The notes under the pieces are model-generated. The model worked only from the letters and a program-made list of their open reading frames with translations. It was not told the origin of the DNA and made no database searches. A stretch of DNA of 64,000 bases, taken from assembly GCA_949295085.1 (NCBI GenBank), contig CASFJS010000005.1:69707-133706 (forward strand), read 5' to 3'. Source of the DNA: an uncultured Pseudomonadota bacterium. Lineage in GTDB: Bacteria > Pseudomonadota > Alphaproteobacteria > RF32 > CAG-239. The translations under genes were made by a program, and so were the position numbers. Shown here piece by piece: positions 16,836-23,998 of the stretch. The first letter of the stretch is position 1. Each line of letters starts with the position of its first letter.

Positions 16836-16930
16836 ATCGAAAATTGAGTATACAACACTCGATTTTCGTATATTTTTCTCTTGACAATAATACTCGATTT
16901 TCGTAATAATTAAATTATCGAAAAGCGAGT
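16836..16930 (+). promoter_or_regulatory. Rightward early promoter with operators (PL-like)
   Basis: TTGACA (16881-16886), a 17-nt spacer, then TAATAA (16904-16909). Perfect operators ACTCGATTTTCGTA lie at 16857..16870 and 16892..16905. Imperfect inverted copies lie at 16836..16849 (ATCGAAAATTGAGT) and 16917..16930 (ATCGAAAAGCGAGT). Confidence 0.75.
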
Positions 16931-16949
16931 GTATTGTTAAGAGGTAAAA

Positions 16950-17192
16950 ATGGATTTTGAAAAAATATTTTTTAAGAGAACATCAACAAACAATGAAAAA
17001 GAGTTTCTCTACTATTTAGAGGGAAAGTCCGGAAGCTTTGTTAAAGCCCTGTGTCATGCTTATGAATTAGGAGACGCGGACAATCGCCGTCGTCTTGAAA
17101 TTGCCTACCCCTTTTTACTTGGCTATGCCGCACGCGGATATATGCAAACACAAGATCAAGCATGTTTCTTAAAACATTTGAAAGGGTTGTAA
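16950..17192 (+). CDS. Hypothetical early protein (80 aa)
   Basis: First ORF after the rightward promoter. The RBS is GAGG, 6 nt upstream. Confidence 0.55.
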   Translation: MDFEKIFFKRTSTNNEKEFLYYLEGKSGSFVKALCHAYELGDADNRRRLEIAYPFLLGYAARGYMQTQDQACFLKHLKGL

Positions 17193-17193
17193 T

Positions 17194-17610
17194 ATGGATA
17201 CCTATTCAAAAATAAAAGCCTTTGACATGTTTTGCGGACAGGTTGAACAGGCGATTGAAAACAACATTCCACGGTGGAAAGAAGAAAACCCATATTGGGA
17301 AATTGACGGCGACGATGGCCGGCCGGCTCATTGCCCGCCGACAACCGATGCCGATGCAAGAGAAGACCTCTGCTCAGAGCTTGTCGCAAAAGCCGAAGAT
17401 CTTGGCTTTGGAGATTTTTTCGAGTTGGTATTGCATGAAGTTTACGGCGAATCCATGAGCCGGACAAATGAATTTCGCGCAGTTTTTGAAAGCCAAACGC
17501 AAAAAAAAGAACAAGATGCCGCGATTGACGCCCTGATTAAAGGGCAACAAAAAATACTCGACGCTCTTTTCTTTCCTTCCATTAAGCCGGAGGGGTCAAA
17601 CAATGCGTAA
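17194..17610 (+). CDS. Acidic early protein (138 aa), function unknown
   Basis: It starts 2 nt after the previous stop. By hand count it has 28 Asp+Glu against 14 Lys+Arg. Confidence 0.6.
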   Translation: MDTYSKIKAFDMFCGQVEQAIENNIPRWKEENPYWEIDGDDGRPAHCPPTTDADAREDLCSELVAKAEDLGFGDFFELVLHEVYGESMSRTNEFRAVFESQTQKKEQDAAIDALIKGQQKILDALFFPSIKPEGSNNA

Positions 17611-17776
17611 CTTTTTACAATCGTTTTTTGTCAGTTTCATTTTGACGTTTTCAACTATCTTCGCCGCTCATGAATATTACGAGTATTGCAGATCGTTTGA
17701 TCGTTGTCTGGAAATCATCCAGCAAATTAAAGCCAAAGGTGAATATCTCAAAGTTTTACAACAATATGATTTTTAG
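17603..17776 (+). CDS. Small membrane/secreted-type peptide (57 aa)
   Basis: It is below the track threshold. Its ATG at 17603 lies inside the last codons of the previous gene (ATGCGTAA). Hand translation: MRNFLQSFFVSFILTFSTIFAAHEYYEYCRSFDRCLEIIQQIKAKGEYLKVLQQYDF. The competing 98-aa track ORF 17670..17966 looks spurious. Confidence 0.4.
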   Translation: MRNFLQSFFVSFILTFSTIFAAHEYYEYCRSFDRCLEIIQQIKAKGEYLKVLQQYDF

Positions 17777-17788
17777 AAAGGACATATC

Positions 17789-18523
17789 ATGGAAAATCAG
17801 GAAAACGAACTTATTGCATTTACTCCCGCAAATCAGCTTGACGTTACGGAAGACATCCTTGCCGCGGCAAACCGCCGCATTGCTCAACTGGACAAGATTG
17901 TTAAACTGTCAATCTCTCGCACCAATCAAAATGATTGGGTTGATCAGGGTGGCAAACCCTATTTAACATGCTCCGGAGCCGAAAAGATTGCCCGTCTGTT
18001 TGGCGTTTGCTGGAAAGACGTTAAGTCAGAGAAAATCATATCTTCCGACGAACAGGGGCAATATTACTTTTATGAGTTTTCCGGCATTTTCACGCTCGGC
18101 AGCGATTCCATTACTGCCGTCGGCACTTGTTCTCAGAAGGATCAGTTCTTTGCCAAATCTGGCGGAAAAATAAAGCCGTTATCTGAAATTGACGAGACGA
18201 ATATTCGCAAGGCTGCTTATTCAAATATGGTTGTCAACGGTGTTACGCGTATTTTGGGTATCCGCAATCTTACTTGGGAAGAGGTGAAAGACGGCGGCAT
18301 AGACAAGTCAAAGGCTCCAAAAGTCAATTACGATAAAAAAGAGCAGGACAACAGCAAAATATCTGCCGCGCAGTATAACCGCTTTTATGCCATTTATAAA
18401 AAATCCGGAAAAACGGAACAGGATGTCAGTGCTTTTATTGCTAAATTCGGCATCAAAGATCCTCATGATCTGCTTGCCAAAGATTATAACAGTGTCATTG
18501 CATGGCTGGAAGGGGGCGAATAA
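17789..18523 (+). CDS. Putative single-strand annealing protein (Rad52/Sak-like)
   Basis: 244 aa. The segment GGKPYLTCSGAEKIARLFGV resembles the conserved core of Rad52-type phage annealases. It lies directly upstream of, and is coupled to, an exonuclease gene. Confidence 0.45.
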   Translation: MENQENELIAFTPANQLDVTEDILAAANRRIAQLDKIVKLSISRTNQNDWVDQGGKPYLTCSGAEKIARLFGVCWKDVKSEKIISSDEQGQYYFYEFSGIFTLGSDSITAVGTCSQKDQFFAKSGGKIKPLSEIDETNIRKAAYSNMVVNGVTRILGIRNLTWEEVKDGGIDKSKAPKVNYDKKEQDNSKISAAQYNRFYAIYKKSGKTEQDVSAFIAKFGIKDPHDLLAKDYNSVIAWLEGGE

Positions 18524-19509
18524 TGCCGTACGCTTTCGCAAATCTCGAAGATGCGTCATCTCTGGCCAACTATATTGTCGCCAAAAGAAAAGACGTTCTC
18601 AATGCCAAAATAAACCGGTACCCGAAACGCGCCTTTACCTGCTCGGATATTCACGAGTGCGACAGATACATGATTCACTCTGTGCTTGACTGGGATAAAC
18701 GAGAACTCCACGACACCGGGCTTCAAGCCATTTTTGACGCCGGAAACAGAGAAGAAGAAAATGTCAAAAACCGGATCGGCTACGAATTAGGGCTTGAGTT
18801 CGTCGAAACACAGTCTCCTTTTGAGATCAAAAATCGTGAAGGGGAAGTCATCGCTTCCGGGAAAATCGACGGAAAAATTCTTTGGAACGGGAAAGCCGTC
18901 CCGGTTGAAATAAAATCCATGAATGAAAACAGCTTTAATACAATTAATTCGCTGGACGATTTCAGGAAAAAGCCGCTTTATCGCAAATATCTTCGTCAGA
19001 TGCAACTTTATTTGTACGGGAACAATCAGGAAGCGGGGCTGTTCATCATCTCAAACTTCAGAACCGAGAAAATAATTCTTGTAACGCTGGATTATGGCGA
19101 GTGTGAATATATCTTAAGCCGCCTTGAGCGTCTCTGGGAAATGAAGAAAAAAGGCATCTATCCGGATCCCGAATATCGTCCCGAACTTTGCGACCGCTGT
19201 CCGTTTTCTTCAATATGCTTGGCTGATGTCATTAATAAGCCGGCCGATTTCATTAATAACGAGGCTCTCGAAGAAAAACTGTCTCGTCGTGAGGAGTTGG
19301 CAGCCGCCAAAAAAGAATACGACGAATTGGATGAGGAAATCAAAGCAACCTTTAAGCAGATCCCGCATGCCTTTGTCGGTCAATCTTTCGAGATTATCGG
19401 CAAGGAGCAGATCCGCAAATCTGTTGACACAAAGGCAATGCCTGATGATGTCAAAGCCCCCTACATGAAGGAGACTTCATGTTGGATTACTAAAATCAAA
19501 AAACTTTAA
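18523..19509 (+). CDS. PD-(D/E)XK exonuclease of the Cas4/RecB family with Fe-S cysteine motif
   Basis: A TAATG overlap couples it to the previous gene. It has GKIDGKI...VEIKS (the D...ExK nuclease motif), an N-terminal Cys (FTCSDIHEC) and a C-terminal CDRCPFSSIC (CX2CX5C). Confidence 0.7.
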   Translation: MPYAFANLEDASSLANYIVAKRKDVLNAKINRYPKRAFTCSDIHECDRYMIHSVLDWDKRELHDTGLQAIFDAGNREEENVKNRIGYELGLEFVETQSPFEIKNREGEVIASGKIDGKILWNGKAVPVEIKSMNENSFNTINSLDDFRKKPLYRKYLRQMQLYLYGNNQEAGLFIISNFRTEKIILVTLDYGECEYILSRLERLWEMKKKGIYPDPEYRPELCDRCPFSSICLADVINKPADFINNEALEEKLSRREELAAAKKEYDELDEEIKATFKQIPHAFVGQSFEIIGKEQIRKSVDTKAMPDDVKAPYMKETSCWITKIKKL

Positions 19510-19519
19510 GGAGAAAATT

Positions 19520-19831
19520 ATGTCTGAGGAAACGAAACAAAAAGAATTAGAAGCCAATTTTGCCAAAGCCATCGATCGTCTAAATGAGCTGCGGGGGGGG
19601 GTAAAAGCGTTTATTTTGCTCGCCTTAACTGATGAACCGTCAGATGAAAAGGAAGACGCTGTCCGAGGCGTTAATGCTACAGGCGGTAAAATGAAAGATC
19701 TGGTCGCGCTTTTTAACAATATCAATGAAGAGATCAAGGGTGCCGCGGCCATGAAGGGATTAATTAATATTTTGGAAAAGGTTTTAGATGGAAATGAAAA
19801 ATCAGAATCCAAAAAAGATAAAGAAATATAA
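19520..19831 (+). CDS. Hypothetical early protein (103 aa) containing a G9 tract
   Basis: AAGGAG RBS. A G9 run at 19593..19601 encodes R-G-G. Confidence 0.55.
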   Translation: MSEETKQKELEANFAKAIDRLNELRGGVKAFILLALTDEPSDEKEDAVRGVNATGGKMKDLVALFNNINEEIKGAAAMKGLINILEKVLDGNEKSESKKDKEI

Positions 19832-20012
19832 ATCGACGTGCATCACGCTTTTATCCGGGAAAAAACTTCGGGTTATGAAAAGCGAAGTCGTCGATGTTGT
19901 GGAACAGAATGTTATCGGGGGGGGGTATGACGTCATTGTCTGCATGGAAAGCGGCAAGGAGTATATTTCCCAAGAAAGCAAAAGCAGCATTTTAACAAAA
20001 ATTACAAATTGA
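19788..20012 (+). CDS. Hypothetical protein (74 aa or shorter) containing a G9 tract
   Basis: The ORF overlaps the previous gene by 44 nt, so the start is uncertain (an internal Met lies at MKSEVV). A G9 run at 19917..19925 encodes G-G-G. Confidence 0.45.
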   Translation: MEMKNQNPKKIKKYKSTCITLLSGKKLRVMKSEVVDVVEQNVIGGGYDVIVCMESGKEYISQESKSSILTKITN

Positions 20013-20026
20013 AAGGATTTTGTCCG

Positions 20027-20152
20027 ATGTGGTTCAGGTATTTGAGTATTTTTGTCATATTATTATGTTTTTGCTGGCTTTTTCGGCCGGTTTTTATGGG
20101 AGTTTTACGCTCCGTTAAAAAAGTTAAAAACGATTTCAAGAAAATTAAATGA
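20027..20152 (+). CDS. Small hydrophobic peptide (41 aa) coupled to the SPFH gene
   Basis: Below the track threshold. Hand translation: MWFRYLSIFVILLCFCWLFRPVFMGVLRSVKKVKNDFKKIK. Its TGA overlaps the ATG of the SPFH gene (ATGA at 20149-20152). Confidence 0.45.
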   Translation: MWFRYLSIFVILLCFCWLFRPVFMGVLRSVKKVKNDFKKIK

Positions 20153-21285
20153 AAGGTAATCAGATGAACGACTTTAAATTAACTATAGGCGGAATTGCTA
20201 TTGCTGTTTTGTGTATTATTGCCTTCAATCTGTGGGGATCAAATGATTATGCGGAATATAAAATCCGTCAGGCCCCCGGATCCGGCGAAATGTCAATTAT
20301 CAGTGATCCAGGTATGTACTGGGACGGATTTGCCGACATATCGACTTATAAAGTTTCCGGCGATATTGATTTTAAAGAAGTAACCACAATGTCCGATGGA
20401 GCGAAGGTCACTTTTTCCGGAAGCGTCAAGTTTCGTCTGCCAAGTGATGAGAAAACCCGGTTAAGGCTCCACAAAGATTTCGGATCCTATGACAATGTTG
20501 TCGAAAACCTGATAAAAAAGAATACTATCGATGTATTGTCAAATAAAACGGCTCCGATGTTTACTGCTTCAGATACTTATTCGGCTCGTAAGCCGGAAAT
20601 TGCCCGTGTTTTGGAAGGACAGCTTCAAAATGGCGCCTATGACGTTTATTACGAAGACGTCAAAATGCCGGACGGAACAAAATACCGCTTGGCAAAAGTG
20701 CGGACAGATGAAAACGGCAAACCGAAAGTTATCGGGAAAAATCTTTTAAACGAGTATGGCATTGAAATTCAACAGGTTGTTATGGGCGATCCTCAGCCGG
20801 AAGAAAAAATCCTGAAAATCATTGACGCGCAGAAAGAAGCGGAACAAAAAGCCGTTCTCGCTCGTTCACAGGCCGAAAAAGCCCGTCAAGACACAATCAC
20901 AATTACCGAACAGGGTAAAGCCGCCGTTGCACAGGCCGAGGCAGACGCCAAAGCAAAGGCAATCGTAGAAACGACAGAAGCAGCCAAAAACCGTGATGTT
21001 TCAAAGCTGAACGCTGAAAAGGCCGAATATGATGCCAAAAAGATTTTGGCAGAAGGTAAGGCGCAGGCTGAAGCTAACCGTCTTAAAGTTTCCGCCGGTT
21101 TAACGCCACAGGAAGCGGCCGAATGGGATTATAAGACAAAGGTTGGCATCGCTCAGGCCGTCGCCTCTGTCAAATTTCCCGCAAATATGATTGTTGCGGG
21201 TGGCGCAGAGGGTGGATCTGCCAATCCGTTTGACGCAATCGGCTTACAATCCCTGTATAATTTGTCAAAGCAAATGTCAAAATAA
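20149..21285 (+). CDS. SPFH/Band-7 (prohibitin/HflK-like) membrane protein
   Basis: 378 aa with an N-terminal TM helix (IGGIAIAVLCIIAFNLW), an SPFH-like core, and an Ala/Glu/Lys-rich coiled coil (AEQKAVLARSQAEKARQD...AEGKAQAEANRLK). Confidence 0.7.
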   Translation: MKGNQMNDFKLTIGGIAIAVLCIIAFNLWGSNDYAEYKIRQAPGSGEMSIISDPGMYWDGFADISTYKVSGDIDFKEVTTMSDGAKVTFSGSVKFRLPSDEKTRLRLHKDFGSYDNVVENLIKKNTIDVLSNKTAPMFTASDTYSARKPEIARVLEGQLQNGAYDVYYEDVKMPDGTKYRLAKVRTDENGKPKVIGKNLLNEYGIEIQQVVMGDPQPEEKILKIIDAQKEAEQKAVLARSQAEKARQDTITITEQGKAAVAQAEADAKAKAIVETTEAAKNRDVSKLNAEKAEYDAKKILAEGKAQAEANRLKVSAGLTPQEAAEWDYKTKVGIAQAVASVKFPANMIVAGGAEGGSANPFDAIGLQSLYNLSKQMSK

Positions 21286-21337
21286 TAAAGCAGCGGGAGC
21301 GGTAACCCCGCTCCCTCGAATAAGAAAGGAAACGATT

Positions 21338-21586
21338 ATGAGTGAGACGGAAGTTGGCGGCTTTGCCGCAGACAGATTGAGAAGTCTTGTTGAGCGTATC
21401 GAACGACTGGAAGAAGAGAAAAAAGGCATTTGTTCAGATATCCGCGATATTTTTGCCGAGGCCAAAGGCGCCGGATTCGATGTCAAAATTATGCGGGCGG
21501 TCATCAAGCTGCGTAAAATGAACGCCGCCGACCGTGACGAACAAGAGTTTTTGTTGGAAACCTATCGTAAGGCATTGGATATTTAG
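21338..21586 (+). CDS. gapR: GapR-family (DUF2312) nucleoid-associated protein, prophage copy
   Basis: 82 aa (track ORF trimmed to the ATG at 21338 after AAGGAAA). It is nearly identical to the host protein at 48560..48814, and the last 38 residues are identical. Confidence 0.8.
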   Translation: MSETEVGGFAADRLRSLVERIERLEEEKKGICSDIRDIFAEAKGAGFDVKIMRAVIKLRKMNAADRDEQEFLLETYRKALDI

Positions 21587-21588
21587 TC

Positions 21589-21807
21589 ATGGTAAAAAAA
21601 TGTTACAAGACAGACGATGTTTATTTTGATTGTGTTGTTCAGGACGAGCAAAGAGGTCTGTTTAACGGAAAGCGAATTATTATAAGGATCAAACAAAATA
21701 ATCAGTGGCAGACAATATCAAGTATTGTTCCGAGAGAAATTGTCAAAGGGAAGTTTACGGACGGTTCTTTGACGAAAACGATTTTCGGCTTTTTTATAAA
21801 GGATTAA
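21589..21807 (+). CDS. Hypothetical phage protein (72 aa)
   Basis: Tightly packed in the plus-strand operon. No motif recognised. Confidence 0.5.
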   Translation: MVKKCYKTDDVYFDCVVQDEQRGLFNGKRIIIRIKQNNQWQTISSIVPREIVKGKFTDGSLTKTIFGFFIKD

Positions 21808-21810
21808 GCA

Positions 21811-22020
21811 ATGGTAACAATCACGGAGCAAATGAAAGGTGTTCGGCGCGAAATTGATTATCGCAAGCGTCTTTATCCGAAGTGGGTATCAGACGGCCGC
21901 ATGACGCAACAGGAAGCCAACTATCAAATTGAGCTTATGGAGTATGTCTTAAATACACTGCAGGCTGTTCTTGATTTTCAACGCGGCTTCATAGCCAAGA
22001 ACCAAAAACTTTTTGAATAA
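21811..22020 (+). CDS. Hypothetical phage protein (69 aa)
   Basis: AAGGA RBS. Tight packing. Confidence 0.5.
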   Translation: MVTITEQMKGVRREIDYRKRLYPKWVSDGRMTQQEANYQIELMEYVLNTLQAVLDFQRGFIAKNQKLFE

Positions 22021-22030
22021 GGGGTGTAAT

Positions 22031-22351
22031 ATGGAAAAAGATTTTATTATTGAAGCCGAGAGTGAGAAAGAGCCAGAAAAGCGCGAACAGATCCGCTTGT
22101 CTGAAGAAAAAATTGCTGATCTGAAGAGGATTATTGCAAATTTAGGCAGCGACATCGACGAATTATCCCTTCAGAAAGATTTGCTTATCGTCGAAAACAA
22201 CAAACTCCGCGGCCTGCTGAGAGAGTGTGAAGCGTGGATGTCTTGGGCTTATGCCGAACTATATGAGTATGACCCCGAACACGAATCAAAAAATACAGAA
22301 GATCTTTTAACCCGTATCAACGCCGCATTAAGCGAAAGTGAGGGAAAATGA
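22031..22351 (+). CDS. Hypothetical coiled-coil phage protein (106 aa)
   Basis: Track ORF trimmed to the ATG at 22031 after AGGGGTG. The stop overlaps the next start. Confidence 0.5.
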   Translation: MEKDFIIEAESEKEPEKREQIRLSEEKIADLKRIIANLGSDIDELSLQKDLLIVENNKLRGLLRECEAWMSWAYAELYEYDPEHESKNTEDLLTRINAALSESEGK

Positions 22352-22710
22352 AACCTGTTGATGAGAAAATAGAAAAATATCGGAATAAAAAAGCGGAACT
22401 GCTCGCATATGGCTGTGACGGTGATGAATACAACGGCGTCTTTAATATCCCGCTTCCAAGTGGGGCAAGGGCTAACGTCATAATATCAAACGGCTTAGGC
22501 TGGGAGCATGTTAGCGTATCGTTAAAGGGGCGTTGTCCGCGCTGGCAAGAAATGTGTTATATAAAAAGTCTTTTCTGGGGAGACGAAGAAGTTGTCATTC
22601 AGTATCACCCTAAAAAAAGCGAGTATGTAAATTTGCATTCAAATTGTCTGCATTTGTGGCGTCCAGTCGATGTTGAACTTCCAACGCCGCCTACATCAAT
22701 GGTTGGCTAG
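22348..22710 (+). CDS. Conserved-looking hypothetical phage protein (120 aa)
   Basis: GAGGG RBS. It is Cys/His/Trp-rich (GWEHVSVSLKGRCPRWQEMCYIKSLFWGDEEVVIQYHP...NCLHLW). I cannot name the family. Confidence 0.55.
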   Translation: MKPVDEKIEKYRNKKAELLAYGCDGDEYNGVFNIPLPSGARANVIISNGLGWEHVSVSLKGRCPRWQEMCYIKSLFWGDEEVVIQYHPKKSEYVNLHSNCLHLWRPVDVELPTPPTSMVG

Positions 22711-22720
22711 GGATAAAGCA

Positions 22721-22951
22721 ATGACAATCGATGAATTTATGCGAGATATAGCGCCGAAAATGTGCCCCGGCTGGGTGGCTATGAGCCAAAGGGGCGTCTG
22801 GTGGTATTATCCGGACGAGCCTTTGATAAATACGGCCATAGGACATTGGCATAAAACCGGCATTAAGTTTCCAAGCCTTTTGAGTGGCTTTGACATCGCC
22901 CCCGTTGACGACTGGACGCAATCTTTAAGAAAGGTAGGTTGCAATGTTTGA
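22721..22951 (+). CDS. Hypothetical Trp-rich phage protein (76 aa)
   Basis: Track ORF trimmed to the ATG at 22721 (MTIDEFMRDIAPKMCPGWVAMSQRGVWWYYPDEP...). Confidence 0.45.
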   Translation: MTIDEFMRDIAPKMCPGWVAMSQRGVWWYYPDEPLINTAIGHWHKTGIKFPSLLSGFDIAPVDDWTQSLRKVGCNV

Positions 22952-23091
22952 AGTCCATATCTGCGGCCGCAAAGTTAAAGAATATCCGTTCCGATTGCAG
23001 GCAATCATCTATTTGATGCTTAAAGGTTTGTGTTACCGCAGCCGTTTCGGCTGCTGGATAGATAACCGAGTCGAAATAAGAGAGGTAACAA

Positions 23092-23544
23092 ATGAAAATG
23101 AACGTTAAAGGCAACGATAACTTCCGCACGCCGGACCATCTTTTCGAGCAGTTAAACCGGATATTCAATTTTACACTGGACGCTGCTTGCACAAGAGAAG
23201 ATTGCAAATGTAACACCGGTTACTATTACGACGCCGGTATAGATGCCCTAAAAATGTCATGGGGGGGGTGGCGCGTGTTTTGTAATCCGCCATTTAGTAA
23301 GAAAGCCGCCTTCATTAAAAAGGCTTATGAAGAGGTTATCAACGGAGATTGTCCGGTTGTTGTCATGGTACTGCCGTCAAACTGTCAAGACAGCAAAGCG
23401 TTTCAACAATATATCAAAAAGAACTTCTTTTATGAAACTTTATCCGGTCGTGTTTCCTTTATAGATCCGGAAACAAAACAGCCGATGAAGGGCAATAATT
23501 CAGGAACAACCATTGTTTATTTTAAGAAGGATATAACAAGATGA
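23092..23544 (+). CDS. Phage DNA N6-adenine methyltransferase (Dam-like, small phage type)
   Basis: 150 aa with FRTPDHLF near the N-terminus and the catalytic-type NPPF motif (FCNPPFSK). A G8 tract lies at 23261..23268, five codons upstream of NPPF. Confidence 0.75.
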   Translation: MKMNVKGNDNFRTPDHLFEQLNRIFNFTLDAACTREDCKCNTGYYYDAGIDALKMSWGGWRVFCNPPFSKKAAFIKKAYEEVINGDCPVVVMVLPSNCQDSKAFQQYIKKNFFYETLSGRVSFIDPETKQPMKGNNSGTTIVYFKKDITR

Positions 23545-23834
23545 AATTTCCAAAACCATGGTCGTTTGATTTTAACGGCTTTGAATACGACGAAAATCAC
23601 AAAATTGATTTTGCAAATCAATTAAAGAGATTGCGAAAGTTGCACAATATTTCATGCGAGCAATTAGCTTATGCAATCCATACGGCCAAATGCACGATTG
23701 TTAATTATGAAAACCACAACAACCGTCCAAACCTTGAGACGGCTTGCCGAATTGCAGTGTTTTTTGGCGTAACTCTTGATGAGTTGGTATTCGGCCATAT
23801 ACCGGACGGTATATCCGAGAATACCAAAATTTAA
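23541..23834 (+). CDS. XRE-family HTH protein (97 aa)
   Basis: ATGA overlap with the methyltransferase. The HTH segment is LKRLRKLHNISCEQLAYAIHTAKCTIVNYENHNNRP. Confidence 0.65.
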   Translation: MKFPKPWSFDFNGFEYDENHKIDFANQLKRLRKLHNISCEQLAYAIHTAKCTIVNYENHNNRPNLETACRIAVFFGVTLDELVFGHIPDGISENTKI

Positions 23835-23998
23835 ATTGCGTTATAACGGAAACCGATATATTATGACAACCACACTCGAAGATACATTGCGATCTCTGTC
23901 TTCAAGCCCCGTTTCGAGCGGCGAGTTGGAGAAAGGCGTTCGTTGCTTTGTGGGTGCGGTTAAGTGTTTATTAGCTATGCGACAGGAGATTTTAGACC

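Noticed and set aside
15837-16908. The 52-bp inverted repeats as an invertible (flip-flop) switch
   Set aside because: Both repeats carry the same outward-firing promoter. Inverting the 1-kb segment between them would therefore recreate an equivalent arrangement. No small invertase is present. The duplicated operator-promoter interpretation is simpler.
22944-23108. 54-aa ORF (MFEVHICGRKVKEYPF...) between 22951 and the methyltransferase
   Set aside because: It has a plausible RBS, but it is very short, has no motif and overlaps the methyltransferase start. The evidence is insufficient to list it as a gene.
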